Below are positions 1-9,985 of a stretch of 64,000 nt of DNA, in pieces. How positions within the stretch are numbered: the stretch's first letter is position 1; each line of letters starts with the position of its first letter. The notes below the pieces were generated by a model that saw only the letters and a program-made list of their open reading frames with translations, ran no database searches and was not told the DNA's origin. Source of the stretch: a virus. The stretch is from positions 25,923-89,922 of the IMG/VR virus record IMGVR_UViG_3300018080_000148; one strand, given 5' to 3'. Made by a program: the position numbers and the translations under genes.

Positions 1-4
1 AAGC

Positions 5-556
5 TCACGAAGCCTCTTCATCTTCAGCCAGTAATTCATCTTTTGTCCTAACCAATGCACCACTGCACATGGTCATTGTTTTCTCTCGCATCATCGTTAA
101 TGCTTCTTGAATTCCAACATCTGGCAATTCCGGCAAGCCGAACTTTTTCAAAACTTCAATCGGGACTATAATGGTTGAAGATTCATCTTCCTGTTTTTCA
201 AAATCTTCAATCACTTCAAGTTCATTACCTGGAATGTGTCCAATGTGCGGAAGGTCTTTACATGCCTCCCTCTCCCAGGAGCGGAAGTTCTTCTCGTGTT
301 CATAAGAATGAAAAACAACCGGTGTGATGACTACCTCGGCTCCACCATTGATTACCTGCAACCCCTGTGTGATGGTGCAATTACCATACACATCTTTAAA
401 GTCAAAACTCTCGGGGTCTATCCAAGTGGCCGCATCTTCCTCTTTGATGTGTACATCACAACGCCTAACATAAAGTGAACTGGAATGAGGGTATCGAATG
501 AACCTTTGTCCCTCAAGCTTCCTGAGGGCGTCCTTAGGAATCGCTTTGTTTTCCAT
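5..556 (-). CDS. hypothetical protein
   Basis: ORF 5..898; likely start MENKAIPKD at 556 (GGAG upstream), avoiding a long overlap with the next gene. Confidence 0.6.
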   Translation of the reverse strand: MENKAIPKDALRKLEGQRFIRYPHSSSLYVRRCDVHIKEEDAATWIDPESFDFKDVYGNCTITQGLQVINGGAEVVITPVVFHSYEHEKNFRSWEREACKDLPHIGHIPGNELEVIEDFEKQEDESSTIIVPIEVLKKFGLPELPDVGIQEALTMMREKTMTMCSGALVRTKDELLAEDEEAS

Positions 557-1181
557 GACAATCTCCACAAAGGTACTCGAACATGTTATTGGTGCCCCAA
601 AACAATTCTTTGCCGGTGTCTTGAGTTTTGCCACATTTGGAGCAATGCATCGGTCTGATTTTATGCTGGACCTCATCACACTTCTCTGAAAGCGCCCGCA
701 TCTTCTGAAACAACTCTGCACCATAAATGCGGCCCGTGTGTTTATCATCCGCTTCCTGGAACTCGCCTCGGAGCTTCTTCTGGATCTTTTTTCGTCGGCT
801 GCAACACGACCTTGTTTTGCGTTCGGCCCGAAGACCCTGCTGCTTGGAAGCAAAGTTGGCCTTAATCCCTTCCATGAGTTTGTGGCCCGCACTCTCATTC
901 CTGGTCTTTACCTGCACCGAAAAAGACTGCTTGTCACTCACCATTTCCTTGGGAACCTCTTTCCACTCCACTCCCGAGTCAATTCCCGCTCTTTCCAGTT
1001 TCCTCGCCACCTTCACATCTTTGGCTGCGATTTTCTTCGCCCGAGCTACATCCCCCGACGTGAGATTGTCCCCCCGAGTCAACTTGTAAGTCACCAGGGC
1101 ATCCTTCACTATCTCCAATACCTTCAGACGATTTTCCTCCTGCTTCTCCGCTTCCTGTAGCCAAAAGTTCTTGCTGCTCAT
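534..1181 (-). CDS. hypothetical protein with C-terminal Zn ribbon
   Basis: Start MSSKNFW with GGAGAG SD; CSKC...CGDC motif. Confidence 0.65.
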   Translation of the reverse strand: MSSKNFWLQEAEKQEENRLKVLEIVKDALVTYKLTRGDNLTSGDVARAKKIAAKDVKVARKLERAGIDSGVEWKEVPKEMVSDKQSFSVQVKTRNESAGHKLMEGIKANFASKQQGLRAERKTRSCCSRRKKIQKKLRGEFQEADDKHTGRIYGAELFQKMRALSEKCDEVQHKIRPMHCSKCGKTQDTGKELFWGTNNMFEYLCGDCHGKQSDS

Positions 1182-1428
1182 TTTCTCTCCTGAATAGCGA
1201 CCATAATTGCGGCAGGTCTCTCTTAAAGGCATTGACGAACTGGTGCCGCACCGGCCAGATCGCATAAACCATGAACAAGGGGAACGATATGGCAAACACA
1301 CCAACCCACCACATCCACATGGGCGTGATGGCCAGGGCAAACAAAATACACCCCAGCGCTATCACAATGTCAATCGTCTCATCCTTCAGACTCGTCCACC
1401 AAGATTTCTGGCGGTCCATCTTCCTCAT
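979..1428 (-). CDS. small membrane protein
   Basis: Two hydrophobic segments; C-terminal tail overlaps the downstream gene. Confidence 0.5.
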   Translation of the reverse strand: MRKMDRQKSWWTSLKDETIDIVIALGCILFALAITPMWMWWVGVFAISFPLFMVYAIWPVRHQFVNAFKRDLPQLWSLFRRENEQQELLATGSGEAGGKSSEGIGDSEGCPGDLQVDSGGQSHVGGCSSGEENRSQRCEGGEETGKSGN

Positions 1429-1837
1429 CTCCTATGTGCGCCTCGATTCCTTTTGCCTTAAGTTCTTCCTTGGCCCTCTTCTCAAGCTCATCGAGTTTTT
1501 CTTTCAGAGTCGTCAGCCCTTCAGCCTCCAACTCCTCATTGAGTTTTTTCTTCTCGCCCTCCTCCTTAAGATACTCTTCTTCCAAGGCTTCTAGAATCTG
1601 GTAATTCTTCTCTAGCTGCGCCCGAACCTCTTCCTCCCGCCGCTCATCACGCTCCTTCTGTTTTTCGGGATCATTGATGATGGGACGAATTTTCTCACGG
1701 GTTCTGTGGGCTGCCCGCTCGGCACGCTTCCTTGCACGATTATCGGCTTTGATTTTCTCACTCCGACGTTGAGCCTTCTTTTTCCTGTCAGCTTCCTTGC
1801 TATGCTTCTTGCGTTCTTTGAGTTTTTTGTTACCCAT
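1379..1837 (-). CDS. charged coiled-coil hypothetical protein
   Basis: K/E/R-rich; start MGNKKLK coupled to upstream stop. Confidence 0.6.
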   Translation of the reverse strand: MGNKKLKERKKHSKEADRKKKAQRRSEKIKADNRARKRAERAAHRTREKIRPIINDPEKQKERDERREEEVRAQLEKNYQILEALEEEYLKEEGEKKKLNEELEAEGLTTLKEKLDELEKRAKEELKAKGIEAHIGDEEDGPPEILVDESEG

Positions 1838-2468
1838 TAAACCTAATTGCCTCCACGGTTGTGCCGCCTTGCTCACGAGTGGGCAGCCAGATTGTCTTCC
1901 ACGTATTGGGCAGGCGATCATTCAATTCCTTGAAAACACGATCCTTCATGCGTTCAACGAAAGCCTCTGCCTTTTCAGTTGGAAGTTGACCAACTTCCAC
2001 ATAAAAGATCAACAGCCCCTCAAGAGGCGGCTGGTCCAACTCGGTCTTCTTGGCCTCTATGAAATTATAATACTTGGAAAGTGCTTCTCCAAGCTTCTTC
2101 TCGTCCACAATGTCTGGATGCTTCATTGGAGGGAGTTTTCTTTTAACTTCATCTTCAGCCTTAACTCTTTTCATGAACTCCTCCAACTCTTCACCTTCTA
2201 GCCCATCATACACTTCGGCGTTTGAGGGAACTTCCTGATAGTGGGAAACCAAGTGTTTGCAATAGGCGTTCGTGTCTATTGGGTGCTCTGCTGGCCTAGT
2301 CATATCGAGCATGTCATCCTCTACTGGATCGCAATAGCTGCACTTACAACCTTGTTTGTGATCGGCTGCAAGCTCGTCTCTATGCTTAAGCGAGTCCCTA
2401 TCAAGCTTCTTTTGATATTCCCCAATCCTGTTAGACTGTTCCTCCCAATAATTTTCCACACTGTTCAT
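1830..2468 (-). CDS. hypothetical protein
   Basis: 212-aa ORF in a tightly packed operon. Confidence 0.7.
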   Translation of the reverse strand: MNSVENYWEEQSNRIGEYQKKLDRDSLKHRDELAADHKQGCKCSYCDPVEDDMLDMTRPAEHPIDTNAYCKHLVSHYQEVPSNAEVYDGLEGEELEEFMKRVKAEDEVKRKLPPMKHPDIVDEKKLGEALSKYYNFIEAKKTELDQPPLEGLLIFYVEVGQLPTEKAEAFVERMKDRVFKELNDRLPNTWKTIWLPTREQGGTTVEAIRFNG

Positions 2469-2469
2469 G

Positions 2470-3237
2470 TTATCCCCTTAAATCTGGTACTCCGAATTTG
2501 TCATCCACCCCATCCCAAGCCAACGTTGGCTCTTCACCAGCCGGTGGGCCCTGATTCTCAAATGGACCATCCAACTTGCCCGGCAAGTTGAAGTGAATGC
2601 TGTTGATTGTTCTTTTTTGCCCTGCATCATCGACTGTTACATAGTCCATCCCCGCCTGCGCATTGGGATTGGGCTTCTCATCATAAATCGGGTACTTTTG
2701 CCCCCGAGTAAATGGAAGCCCTCGCTTGGCAATCTCATCCCGCAGAAAAGCGGGCGGATCAAACACCTCTTCCCGTAACGCACGACCAAGATTGACGGGC
2801 GCACGTGGCTGCGGAGCAGTCACGTTGGGTCTTCTTGGGGGAGATGCCCCTCCCTGCTGTTGAATAATTTGCCCCAGCAAGTCGGGATTCGCAGCCAACA
2901 AGGCCGCTAATTGATCTCTCGGATTAGACGACTCTTCCGGAGATTCTTCTGAGACCATGGCCGTGGGGCCATCGTCGAACTTGAACTTCTTGTTTTTAAT
3001 CATGAAGCCGTCATCGACTTCTCTGTAGTTCAACTTCTTCTTGGTGTACTCGTAGATCTCCACATCCGTCACTAAAATATTACGACGTGCCAATTGTGCA
3101 AAGATCTTGGCGGCGGCTGCCTCTAAAGGAATGTCGTCATTGGCTTTGCCCACTCGAACCTTCCGGGTCAACACTTCATCGCCATATTTTCCTTTTTCAA
3201 TTTCCTCCTGAAAATGAAATATCAGTTCATAACCCAT
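2470..3237 (-). CDS. hypothetical protein
   Basis: 255-aa ORF with GGAG SD. Confidence 0.7.
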   Translation of the reverse strand: MGYELIFHFQEEIEKGKYGDEVLTRKVRVGKANDDIPLEAAAAKIFAQLARRNILVTDVEIYEYTKKKLNYREVDDGFMIKNKKFKFDDGPTAMVSEESPEESSNPRDQLAALLAANPDLLGQIIQQQGGASPPRRPNVTAPQPRAPVNLGRALREEVFDPPAFLRDEIAKRGLPFTRGQKYPIYDEKPNPNAQAGMDYVTVDDAGQKRTINSIHFNLPGKLDGPFENQGPPAGEEPTLAWDGVDDKFGVPDLRG

Positions 3238-3245
3238 GTTGCTCC

Positions 3246-3785
3246 TTACCAGCTATCCACGCCTGCAAATTCGCCTCGATATTCATACTGATGGTACTCA
3301 CCAGTCAGATCATGCTGAGTCTTGGTGCGGACCTTCTGTGCGAAGATCTTCATCCTCTTGTAAAGACGCATGAAATGAACCAACTCCTGAGCATTGGGAT
3401 CAGACAAACCCATCTCTTCTAAGATGTCAGCGTCCGTGATCGTCGGCTTCTTCGGATCAAGAAACGCCTTGTGTCTAAACTTACTGTGTGACGAAGGGAA
3501 GGCCGACTGGTTTACAATCGAAAACAAGCCGGAATAAATCCCCACCAAAAGGGTTGTGAGCCTATTGGGCGGCTTGCCATCTATCACAGAAGACCTACGA
3601 GTGGCCTTTTCCCAACCATACTTGCGTTCATACTCGCCCGCATCCATGGTAAAGAATTCCTTGTTTTCCTCGGTCAACTCCTTGCAGTATCGATCAAGAT
3701 CCAGGTGTTGCCACCCAATTTCTTCTTCCCATTTCTTACGTGCGGCCTCTTCGTCAGCCTTGTTTTCCCATACGTTCTTAGCCAT
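3246..3785 (-). CDS. hypothetical protein
   Basis: Start MAKNVWE overlapping the upstream stop. Confidence 0.6.
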   Translation of the reverse strand: MAKNVWENKADEEAARKKWEEEIGWQHLDLDRYCKELTEENKEFFTMDAGEYERKYGWEKATRRSSVIDGKPPNRLTTLLVGIYSGLFSIVNQSAFPSSHSKFRHKAFLDPKKPTITDADILEEMGLSDPNAQELVHFMRLYKRMKIFAQKVRTKTQHDLTGEYHQYEYRGEFAGVDSW

Positions 3786-4737
3786 CTTCTTCATTCTCCT
3801 CGTTATTAGGTGAGTAACCATGCACTTGAATCCGTCCATAGAATTCCGGGAACGGCATGGCTTTGCCATACCTGGACATAATCCTCTCTTCCCGAACGTT
3901 CAGGCCGGGGATTTTCACAGGAGAAATAAAAAGAGTGACGTATGGGCAGTAGAAATACCCACTAGAATAAAAATCGCCCTTGTGCCCCACCAAAATCGTC
4001 CCCTCTTGACAAGATGGGTGTGCATAAACCTTTTGCCTGCCCATCGCACCTCTATGGAAACTCTTTATGTCAAACTCATCCTGTTCCAATAGAGTAGAGG
4101 CCAACTGTGGCGTAGTCAAAATCCAGGTGGGTTGACGACCACCTTGCTTTTCAACTCGGCCCATCGTCATTCGCAAGTGGGCTTCCAGGTCATCTCTGTT
4201 CTTCCATTGGTGTTCAGAAGTTGTTGGCGCATTCCTGGCCACGTCATTGATGACCTCCACGTTCATCTTGTTGACAAGCCACTCTGCATATTCAGCACAA
4301 GCCTCTGCTTCCGCATCTAGATTGTGATCTTCACTTGATGGCCGAGATGGCATTCGCTGAAGAGAAGCCGTCTTGGCTTTAACCGCACGAGAACGAATGT
4401 TACCATACAAGTCTCGATACGCAATAGAATGTTCGGCCCCCATCATTGTTTGGACCGAACCAATCTGAAAGCCAATAAAAGAAGACGGGTTGATGACCCT
4501 GCGGACAATGGGAATACTTACCCGCTTGAGATAAGGGAAGTATTCATTGAAAAATTCCGTAACTTCCTTCAGGTCGCCATGCGTTTCGTTGATGGTTCTC
4601 TGGCTATCTAACGCAAGAGCCACCTGTTCTTTCTCTAAGTTGTCTACGATCCCTCTTAACAATCCAGTGCTTTCCCAGAGATCTACTATTTGCTGTTTCT
4701 GACTCAAAATCCTTTCGTGTACTGATACTTCATCCAT
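3778..4737 (-). CDS. T4 gp23/gp24-like capsid protein paralogue (short)
   Basis: Motifs WESTGLL, SIPIVRRV, SVQTMMG, LDAEAE, ILVGHKG, GYFYCPYV, MSRYG match gp23 family; only 319 aa. Confidence 0.75.
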   Translation of the reverse strand: MDEVSVHERILSQKQQIVDLWESTGLLRGIVDNLEKEQVALALDSQRTINETHGDLKEVTEFFNEYFPYLKRVSIPIVRRVINPSSFIGFQIGSVQTMMGAEHSIAYRDLYGNIRSRAVKAKTASLQRMPSRPSSEDHNLDAEAEACAEYAEWLVNKMNVEVINDVARNAPTTSEHQWKNRDDLEAHLRMTMGRVEKQGGRQPTWILTTPQLASTLLEQDEFDIKSFHRGAMGRQKVYAHPSCQEGTILVGHKGDFYSSGYFYCPYVTLFISPVKIPGLNVREERIMSRYGKAMPFPEFYGRIQVHGYSPNNEENEEDG

Positions 4738-4749
4738 ACTGCCTCCTAA

Positions 4750-5376
4750 TTACCTTTCTATAAGTCCAACACCATATCTGGTGTTTACAACGGTTGGCTC
4801 CCGGCCTTGGACTTTACAGAAATCCCGAAACACATCTCCTGTCGGCTGATGGAAATTGACGTACTCCACCACGATCAGCCCACCCTCTTCCACATGCGGC
4901 CAAACCATGTCCATGTGCAGCCGCATTTTGTCATGTGTGGTTTCCTCATTGAACATCACCATGTCCCATTTCGTGGCTTGTAAAGCCTTGGTGAAATCGA
5001 CATCCATGAAATCCCCCACATGCACGTCCACGGCACGTGGGTTGGGATAAGCATCTTTTATGTTGGCAACACCCATCCGGGGAGAAAAATACTCATCCTC
5101 TTTTTCTTGGAAGCCAAGAAATGTTTCCACCGAACGACAGCTTTTCAAAAAACAGCCACTTAAAAGTCCGAGGCGAAATCCAATTTTCAGAAGAGATTTG
5201 GGGTGAATGTGTTTTCCCAAATGATAATAGAAAGGCGTGTAGGTATCATCTGTGTAAGCAAAGGTCCGACGAGACCTCTCCTCAATGACCCTCATGCGAC
5301 CCAAAAGAATGCGGGCGCTAATCAATTTTGCACCAAGCTCTTTTTCGAGCTTGGTTCGTAGCTCTTGAATATCCAC
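4750..5376 (-). CDS. class I SAM-dependent methyltransferase-like protein
   Basis: PKSLLKIGFRLG motif I-like; WPHVEEGGLIVV C-terminal strand. Confidence 0.55.
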   Translation of the reverse strand: MDIQELRTKLEKELGAKLISARILLGRMRVIEERSRRTFAYTDDTYTPFYYHLGKHIHPKSLLKIGFRLGLLSGCFLKSCRSVETFLGFQEKEDEYFSPRMGVANIKDAYPNPRAVDVHVGDFMDVDFTKALQATKWDMVMFNEETTHDKMRLHMDMVWPHVEEGGLIVVEYVNFHQPTGDVFRDFCKVQGREPTVVNTRYGVGLIER

Positions 5377-5500
5377 TCTTGACCTTTCTAAAATAAAGAG
5401 ACCCACCCCTATCGCCCTAGTTTACCGTTGAGGACTTGAGATGGGCTGGATATGTAAACCGGCAAAGCCGGGTAGTCCAACCTTTCGGTTATATAGAGAG

Positions 5501-6076
5501 CTACTTAATAATTTTTTCCCAACCCTTCCGCAGCATTTTTACCACATCCATGGCATCGGGAACCGCCGTATGCGTGACACCACGAGACTCTCCGATCCTC
5601 TTGCGGCACTCTGAACTGTCCGGAAGAGCCGTATCGCCCGCTCGAAGAAGTAGCATGCCCGGATCGAGGATGCGATGGCGGTACTTGACCCAATCGTCCC
5701 ACCCAGGCAACCGATTCAAGAACTGGAGATCGAAGGCGGCAAAGTTCTTGCCAGCAAAATTCACCTTCTCTTGATCTGGATAACCTGGATAGTGGTGACA
5801 CAACCAACCGTGAAAAATCTCGGGCACCTGTCCAGGCTCGTAGTAATCGTACCCCACTTCACGCTTAGCGATGCGCTTGAAGATGGCGGGGTGCATGGAT
5901 AATGCGAATGGCTCACCCTGGAAAATCGGGTGGACCACATAACAATGAAACTTTGGAAGCTCTTCAATGGGGCGTTGTTCCCGCAAATCGTCAACCACCG
6001 CCCCGATCTCGATGACTTGACACATGTAGGGATTCACCCCGGTCGTTTCAATATCAACACTTACATACTTCATCAT
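5501..6076 (-). CDS. DEDDh 3'-5' exonuclease
   Basis: VDIETTG, GKNFAAFD, HTAVPDA motifs. Confidence 0.85.
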   Translation of the reverse strand: MMKYVSVDIETTGVNPYMCQVIEIGAVVDDLREQRPIEELPKFHCYVVHPIFQGEPFALSMHPAIFKRIAKREVGYDYYEPGQVPEIFHGWLCHHYPGYPDQEKVNFAGKNFAAFDLQFLNRLPGWDDWVKYRHRILDPGMLLLRAGDTALPDSSECRKRIGESRGVTHTAVPDAMDVVKMLRKGWEKIIK

Positions 6077-6401
6077 TCGCTCCTATGAACTTAACAGGCT
6101 TGCCGAGATCTTCTGCTATCTTGATTTCGGCGTTAACACCAGTGGATTCTTTCCACCCGTCTAATGTCAGTATCCAAACCTCGTCCGACCATTCGATAAA
6201 AGATCGATCCAGAGCTTCCCAGTATTCCCACGTGCCAGGAAGAGAGCAGCGTGTAGCCACCGGATGGCAAGCGGTAATTGGAGAATAGACGATGTGCCCG
6301 GCATTCATAAGTTCGCCGGTTTTGTCTGTCACCGCCTCGAATCTGGCTTCCTTTACCTTTTCATCAGGATCGGAGTAGGGCACTCCCAGATATATTTTCA
6401 T
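6054..6401 (-). CDS. DUF1937 / nucleoside 2-deoxyribosyltransferase-like protein
   Basis: IYLGVPYS, VYSPI, GWKESTGVNAEI motifs. Confidence 0.75.
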   Translation of the reverse strand: MKIYLGVPYSDPDEKVKEARFEAVTDKTGELMNAGHIVYSPITACHPVATRCSLPGTWEYWEALDRSFIEWSDEVWILTLDGWKESTGVNAEIKIAEDLGKPVKFIGANDEVCKC

Positions 6402-6466
6402 GCTTCCATTCCCATTTAACATGTCCATCCATGATATTACATTCAAGAAATTGCATCAAGGCATAA

Positions 6467-6507
6467 AAAAAAGAGATCCTGCGAATCACGTCTTCACAGC
6501 ATCTCTT
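6467..6507 (-). terminator. intrinsic terminator
   Basis: AGAGATGCTGTGAA...TTCGCAGGATCTCT stem followed by T-run. Confidence 0.55.
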
Positions 6508-6711
6508 ACCCGGAAAATCGGGATGGTGTTCCCTGTTGGATCAGCATGAGTTGTAACGTTTCCATTATCCAACTCCCATGCAAGCTGGTGTCCTCCCATG
6601 GTGGCCAGTGACGCATTCGCATGGGCGGCGGCATCGGCCATTCTGCCACGGGATGAAGATGGACCTCAATCCAGGATTTTATGTGGACACGTTTTTTCCC
6701 AATGACCACAC

Positions 6712-6888
6712 CTAATATCTATGAATTACCACGTCGATTTTCACGAGCAAGTAATTTTGCCTCAGCTTATCGTAGAACACCCTGTAATATGCTCCGTCCT
6801 CTAGCTGCCAGCTTTTGCCAGGGTCTTTAAGTTGCTCGAAAAAATGCAGTTGTTCCAAGTGGTTAAGTCCCGTGGTGTCAAACTGCAT
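6712..6888 (-). CDS. small hypothetical protein (58 aa)
   Basis: Manual translation MQFDTTGLNHLEQ...; GGAGG SD; below the ORF-track cutoff. Confidence 0.55.
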   Translation of the reverse strand: MQFDTTGLNHLEQLHFFEQLKDPGKSWQLEDGAYYRVFYDKLRQNYLLVKIDVVIHRY

Positions 6889-6924
6889 TTATCCCCTCCC
6901 AGACAGTTGTGTTGCCACAAGTAT

Positions 6925-7425
6925 CTATGCGGGAGGATCGACAGCTTTCACAACTTCATCAACTTTTCGTTCTAAGTCCGGGTCTACTTTGGTCATAATG
7001 CGAGGCTGGATTTTGTCCATTTCCCGTCGCAGCATGTGGCCGTAAGACATGGCGTTGTCGTGGGCCTTGTCCATGGCCTTGAGAAACAACTGAAGTTTTT
7101 TGACGGCCCTTTTTCCGGCAATCACTTTCTTCTTGGCGTCCACAACTTTGGGATCACTCTTCGATTTTGCCTCGGCCAACTTATCGGACCCACCATCTTC
7201 CTTAAAACCACGGAATCGATCAGCATAAATCTCATCGTATTGCGTCTCGTACCACTGGAGGTAACTTTCGGCATCCGCTAGTTTCTGACCGTAGTAATTG
7301 TACCAAGTCGCCTCTTCTTGAAGGTGCTTGTTCAAACTAGCTTCATCAAATGTCAGTTGATCGGGGTTAAGGTTTACCTCACCCCCACCAATGTTCACTT
7401 TTTTCTCTTTGTCTGATAGGTCCAT
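6925..7425 (-). CDS. UvsY-like recombination mediator
   Basis: 166-aa helical protein beside the helicase; size and position typical of UvsY. Confidence 0.55.
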   Translation of the reverse strand: MDLSDKEKKVNIGGGEVNLNPDQLTFDEASLNKHLQEEATWYNYYGQKLADAESYLQWYETQYDEIYADRFRGFKEDGGSDKLAEAKSKSDPKVVDAKKKVIAGKRAVKKLQLFLKAMDKAHDNAMSYGHMLRREMDKIQPRIMTKVDPDLERKVDEVVKAVDPPA

Positions 7426-7484
7426 TACATGCCTCCAGTTATCTTATCGGGAGATTGTACCAAAAAAGGAAAACGTTCTAAAGA

Positions 7485-9221
7485 TCATTCCTCGCCAAAG
7501 AACTCTTTGTTGTATTTCTCTGCAATTTCTTCAGGAGTAGGGGCGGGCTCTATTATGGCATCCACCTCTTTGTCGGGCGCACCACCCACAAGCTGAGACA
7601 TGGCATCTTCGGGACTGACCTCCTGACGATCACGATGTTCCTGCTCCACCTTTGCCATCACCTTTTCAGCCTGCTTCTTCTTGAAATGGTCCATCCTCTT
7701 TTGTTCACGAAGGTTTTCTTCTGTTTTCTCAGCCGCCGTCGTTTCTCGCAGTTGATCGGCCTGATGCTTAATCCGTTTGTATTCCTGCTCACCAATCGTC
7801 TCTAACACAAGACGGAGAGGGTCCATTCTCAAATAGAATTTCTTCCCCTTTTTGCCGTGGCGGTGTTTGGCCACAAAACCCCTGGCGATGTTCAGGTCGG
7901 ACTCATCCCGTGTCTGGTTTAGCGTCCAAAAAGCATCCAAAGGACGAACCTGCCCAAAAGCATCAGCAAGGTTTTCATCATCGATCATGCCGCCTTCTCG
8001 TATGACTTCCTTGGCGCTCTTGTTGGGCTGCAAAGCCGTCAAAACGCAGACATGTTCGTCAACGGCAAAACTACGCAGGTCACGAACAATTCGATACTTC
8101 GACTCCCACCCCGGTATGCCAGGGTAATCCTTCATCTCGCCAACATAATCCACAATCACAAGATCAGGATAAAAACCATGAAGAAGAGACTGTTGAAAGT
8201 AAGACCTGAACTCCGAGAGTCCCATGTGACTCCCAGGAAACTGCTTAATGATTAACCGTTGACGGTCATCCCCGAATATGTCCCTGTTGTCCTCGATATA
8301 GTCATTCAACCCTTGAATAACCACACCTTCGTAATCCACAAGATTGTCGATGTTCATACCCGTTTCACGGGCTTTGTCAGCAATCTGAGCATCGAATCGC
8401 TGGGCAACTCGATCCCACGCTAATTCCAACGAGATGTAAAGTACCTTGTACCCCTTGTTCATGTTGGCCATAGCAGACCGCAACAAGGCCAAGGATTTGC
8501 CCACACCCGACAAACCCATCCAAGCCCCTATTTCACCTCTGTCCAAGCCACCGCCAGACAACAACCCATCAATTACATCAAACCCAGAAGAAAATACATC
8601 ATTCTGCTCCTGCTTCCGCTTCATCTCCGCATACCGTTCCTCAATGGTTTTGGGGTCAAAATAATCCAACCCAAGATCGGTGTTGCGGTCCACCAGAATG
8701 GCCTCATTGAGAATTTCCCGCACCTTATCCAAAGACGCCTCGTCCTCGGGGTTTTCCTTCATGATACGGCTACATGTGCCAAAGGCCCGCTTCATCGCCA
8801 TGCGCTGAGCGAACTTGACTATTTTGTCGAGAATGAAATCTCTCGACTCTTCCACGATGGAATAGTAGTCGTAGACAAGATTGAACTCTTGACGATAAAG
8901 TTGCTTAAAGTCCGCTTTCTTTCCTTCAATTACATCTTCCAACTGAACCGCCAAGAAAGTCTTCTTGGGGACGCTTCTGTATTTTTCAAAATAATTCAAC
9001 AGAAGCTTGGACACTACCTTGTGAACTTCATTCGTAAAATATTCCGGCTTAACCAATCCTAAACTCAGCGTCAGTAGCTTCCGATCCTTCAATAGCATGT
9101 TCAATAATTCACGCTGAAACTCCTCATCCCACTTGTAGTGGTCTTCATTCGCTGGAATGTCCGGATCGACGAAGCCATCCAGCATTCGCTCCTCTTCCGG
9201 CGTCAGTTCCATATCATCCAT
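7485..9221 (-). CDS. replicative DNA helicase (DnaB/gp41-like)
   Basis: Walker A GLSGVGKS, LYISLE, VIVDY, TALQ, KHRHG. Confidence 0.9.
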   Translation of the reverse strand: MDDMELTPEEERMLDGFVDPDIPANEDHYKWDEEFQRELLNMLLKDRKLLTLSLGLVKPEYFTNEVHKVVSKLLLNYFEKYRSVPKKTFLAVQLEDVIEGKKADFKQLYRQEFNLVYDYYSIVEESRDFILDKIVKFAQRMAMKRAFGTCSRIMKENPEDEASLDKVREILNEAILVDRNTDLGLDYFDPKTIEERYAEMKRKQEQNDVFSSGFDVIDGLLSGGGLDRGEIGAWMGLSGVGKSLALLRSAMANMNKGYKVLYISLELAWDRVAQRFDAQIADKARETGMNIDNLVDYEGVVIQGLNDYIEDNRDIFGDDRQRLIIKQFPGSHMGLSEFRSYFQQSLLHGFYPDLVIVDYVGEMKDYPGIPGWESKYRIVRDLRSFAVDEHVCVLTALQPNKSAKEVIREGGMIDDENLADAFGQVRPLDAFWTLNQTRDESDLNIARGFVAKHRHGKKGKKFYLRMDPLRLVLETIGEQEYKRIKHQADQLRETTAAEKTEENLREQKRMDHFKKKQAEKVMAKVEQEHRDRQEVSPEDAMSQLVGGAPDKEVDAIIEPAPTPEEIAEKYNKEFFGEE

Positions 9222-9355
9222 TATCTACCTCACAACATCTTTCATCGGGGGAGTGTAACCAATCTTTCCCACAAGCCACACTACGTAAGCATATTAACCC
9301 CGCAATTTCTGCATCGGGCATTATTATCGCTGGGAAGTTTTTAGTCAATGCGAAA

Positions 9356-9384
9356 CGCCCGCCCGGCAACAAGCCGGGCGGGCG
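9356..9384. terminator. GC-rich hairpin terminator
   Basis: CGCCCGCCCGGC-AACAA-GCCGGGCGGGCG. Confidence 0.6.
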
Positions 9385-9414
9385 CTGAAGAAGTCACAGA
9401 AGTGATCTGTGATT

Positions 9415-9975
9415 TTAGCCAACTCCGAGATAATCATACTCGGATAGGGACACTTGCCCTGATCTAAGAGATTTCTCTCGTGTTATTTTTTTGCCAGCCG
9501 CTTTTTGTTCGTTCCAAGTAATCGCCTTGCAGTACGCCTTAAATTTCGGGTGATCCAGTATTAACCCAGCCTTTCTCGATGGTCGCTCATGGGCTGGAAC
9601 GAGGGTGCGGACCAACTTCTCCAACAACCTCTCCTGATATATCCCGAACTTTTGCCGGTTTGCCCCATGCCTCGTTTTGTTCTCCCACAGCTTGATTAGC
9701 TCTCTAACCAGCCGCTTGAGAAAACGATCCTTCGCATGCTTCCGACACAATTCAAGGCATCGTTCAATGTACGTCTGCCTCTTGAAATACGACCCGGCCC
9801 TTAAAAGCGATATGCTCAAGTCCTGAAAGAAGTCCTCGGGATCTTCCGTATGGTTATTCTTGTCATTCTTCCTGATTAGCTGCCACGATTGGTACTTGGT
9901 CAGCTTCCCGTACTTGTCTTCCAACTCTTGAAATTCGTCTTCGCTTACAGGGAAACGCTTGTAGACATGCTCCAT
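9415..9975 (-). CDS. hypothetical protein (possibly sigma-like helical)
   Basis: 186-aa ORF between polymerase and helicase; GGAGG SD. Confidence 0.6.
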   Translation of the reverse strand: MEHVYKRFPVSEDEFQELEDKYGKLTKYQSWQLIRKNDKNNHTEDPEDFFQDLSISLLRAGSYFKRQTYIERCLELCRKHAKDRFLKRLVRELIKLWENKTRHGANRQKFGIYQERLLEKLVRTLVPAHERPSRKAGLILDHPKFKAYCKAITWNEQKAAGKKITREKSLRSGQVSLSEYDYLGVG

Positions 9976-9985
9976 AAGACCTCCA

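Noticed and set aside
6486-6641. 51-codon minus-strand ORF (MADAAAHAN...)
   Set aside because: No clear SD and no recognisable motif; cannot be told apart from an untranslated region.
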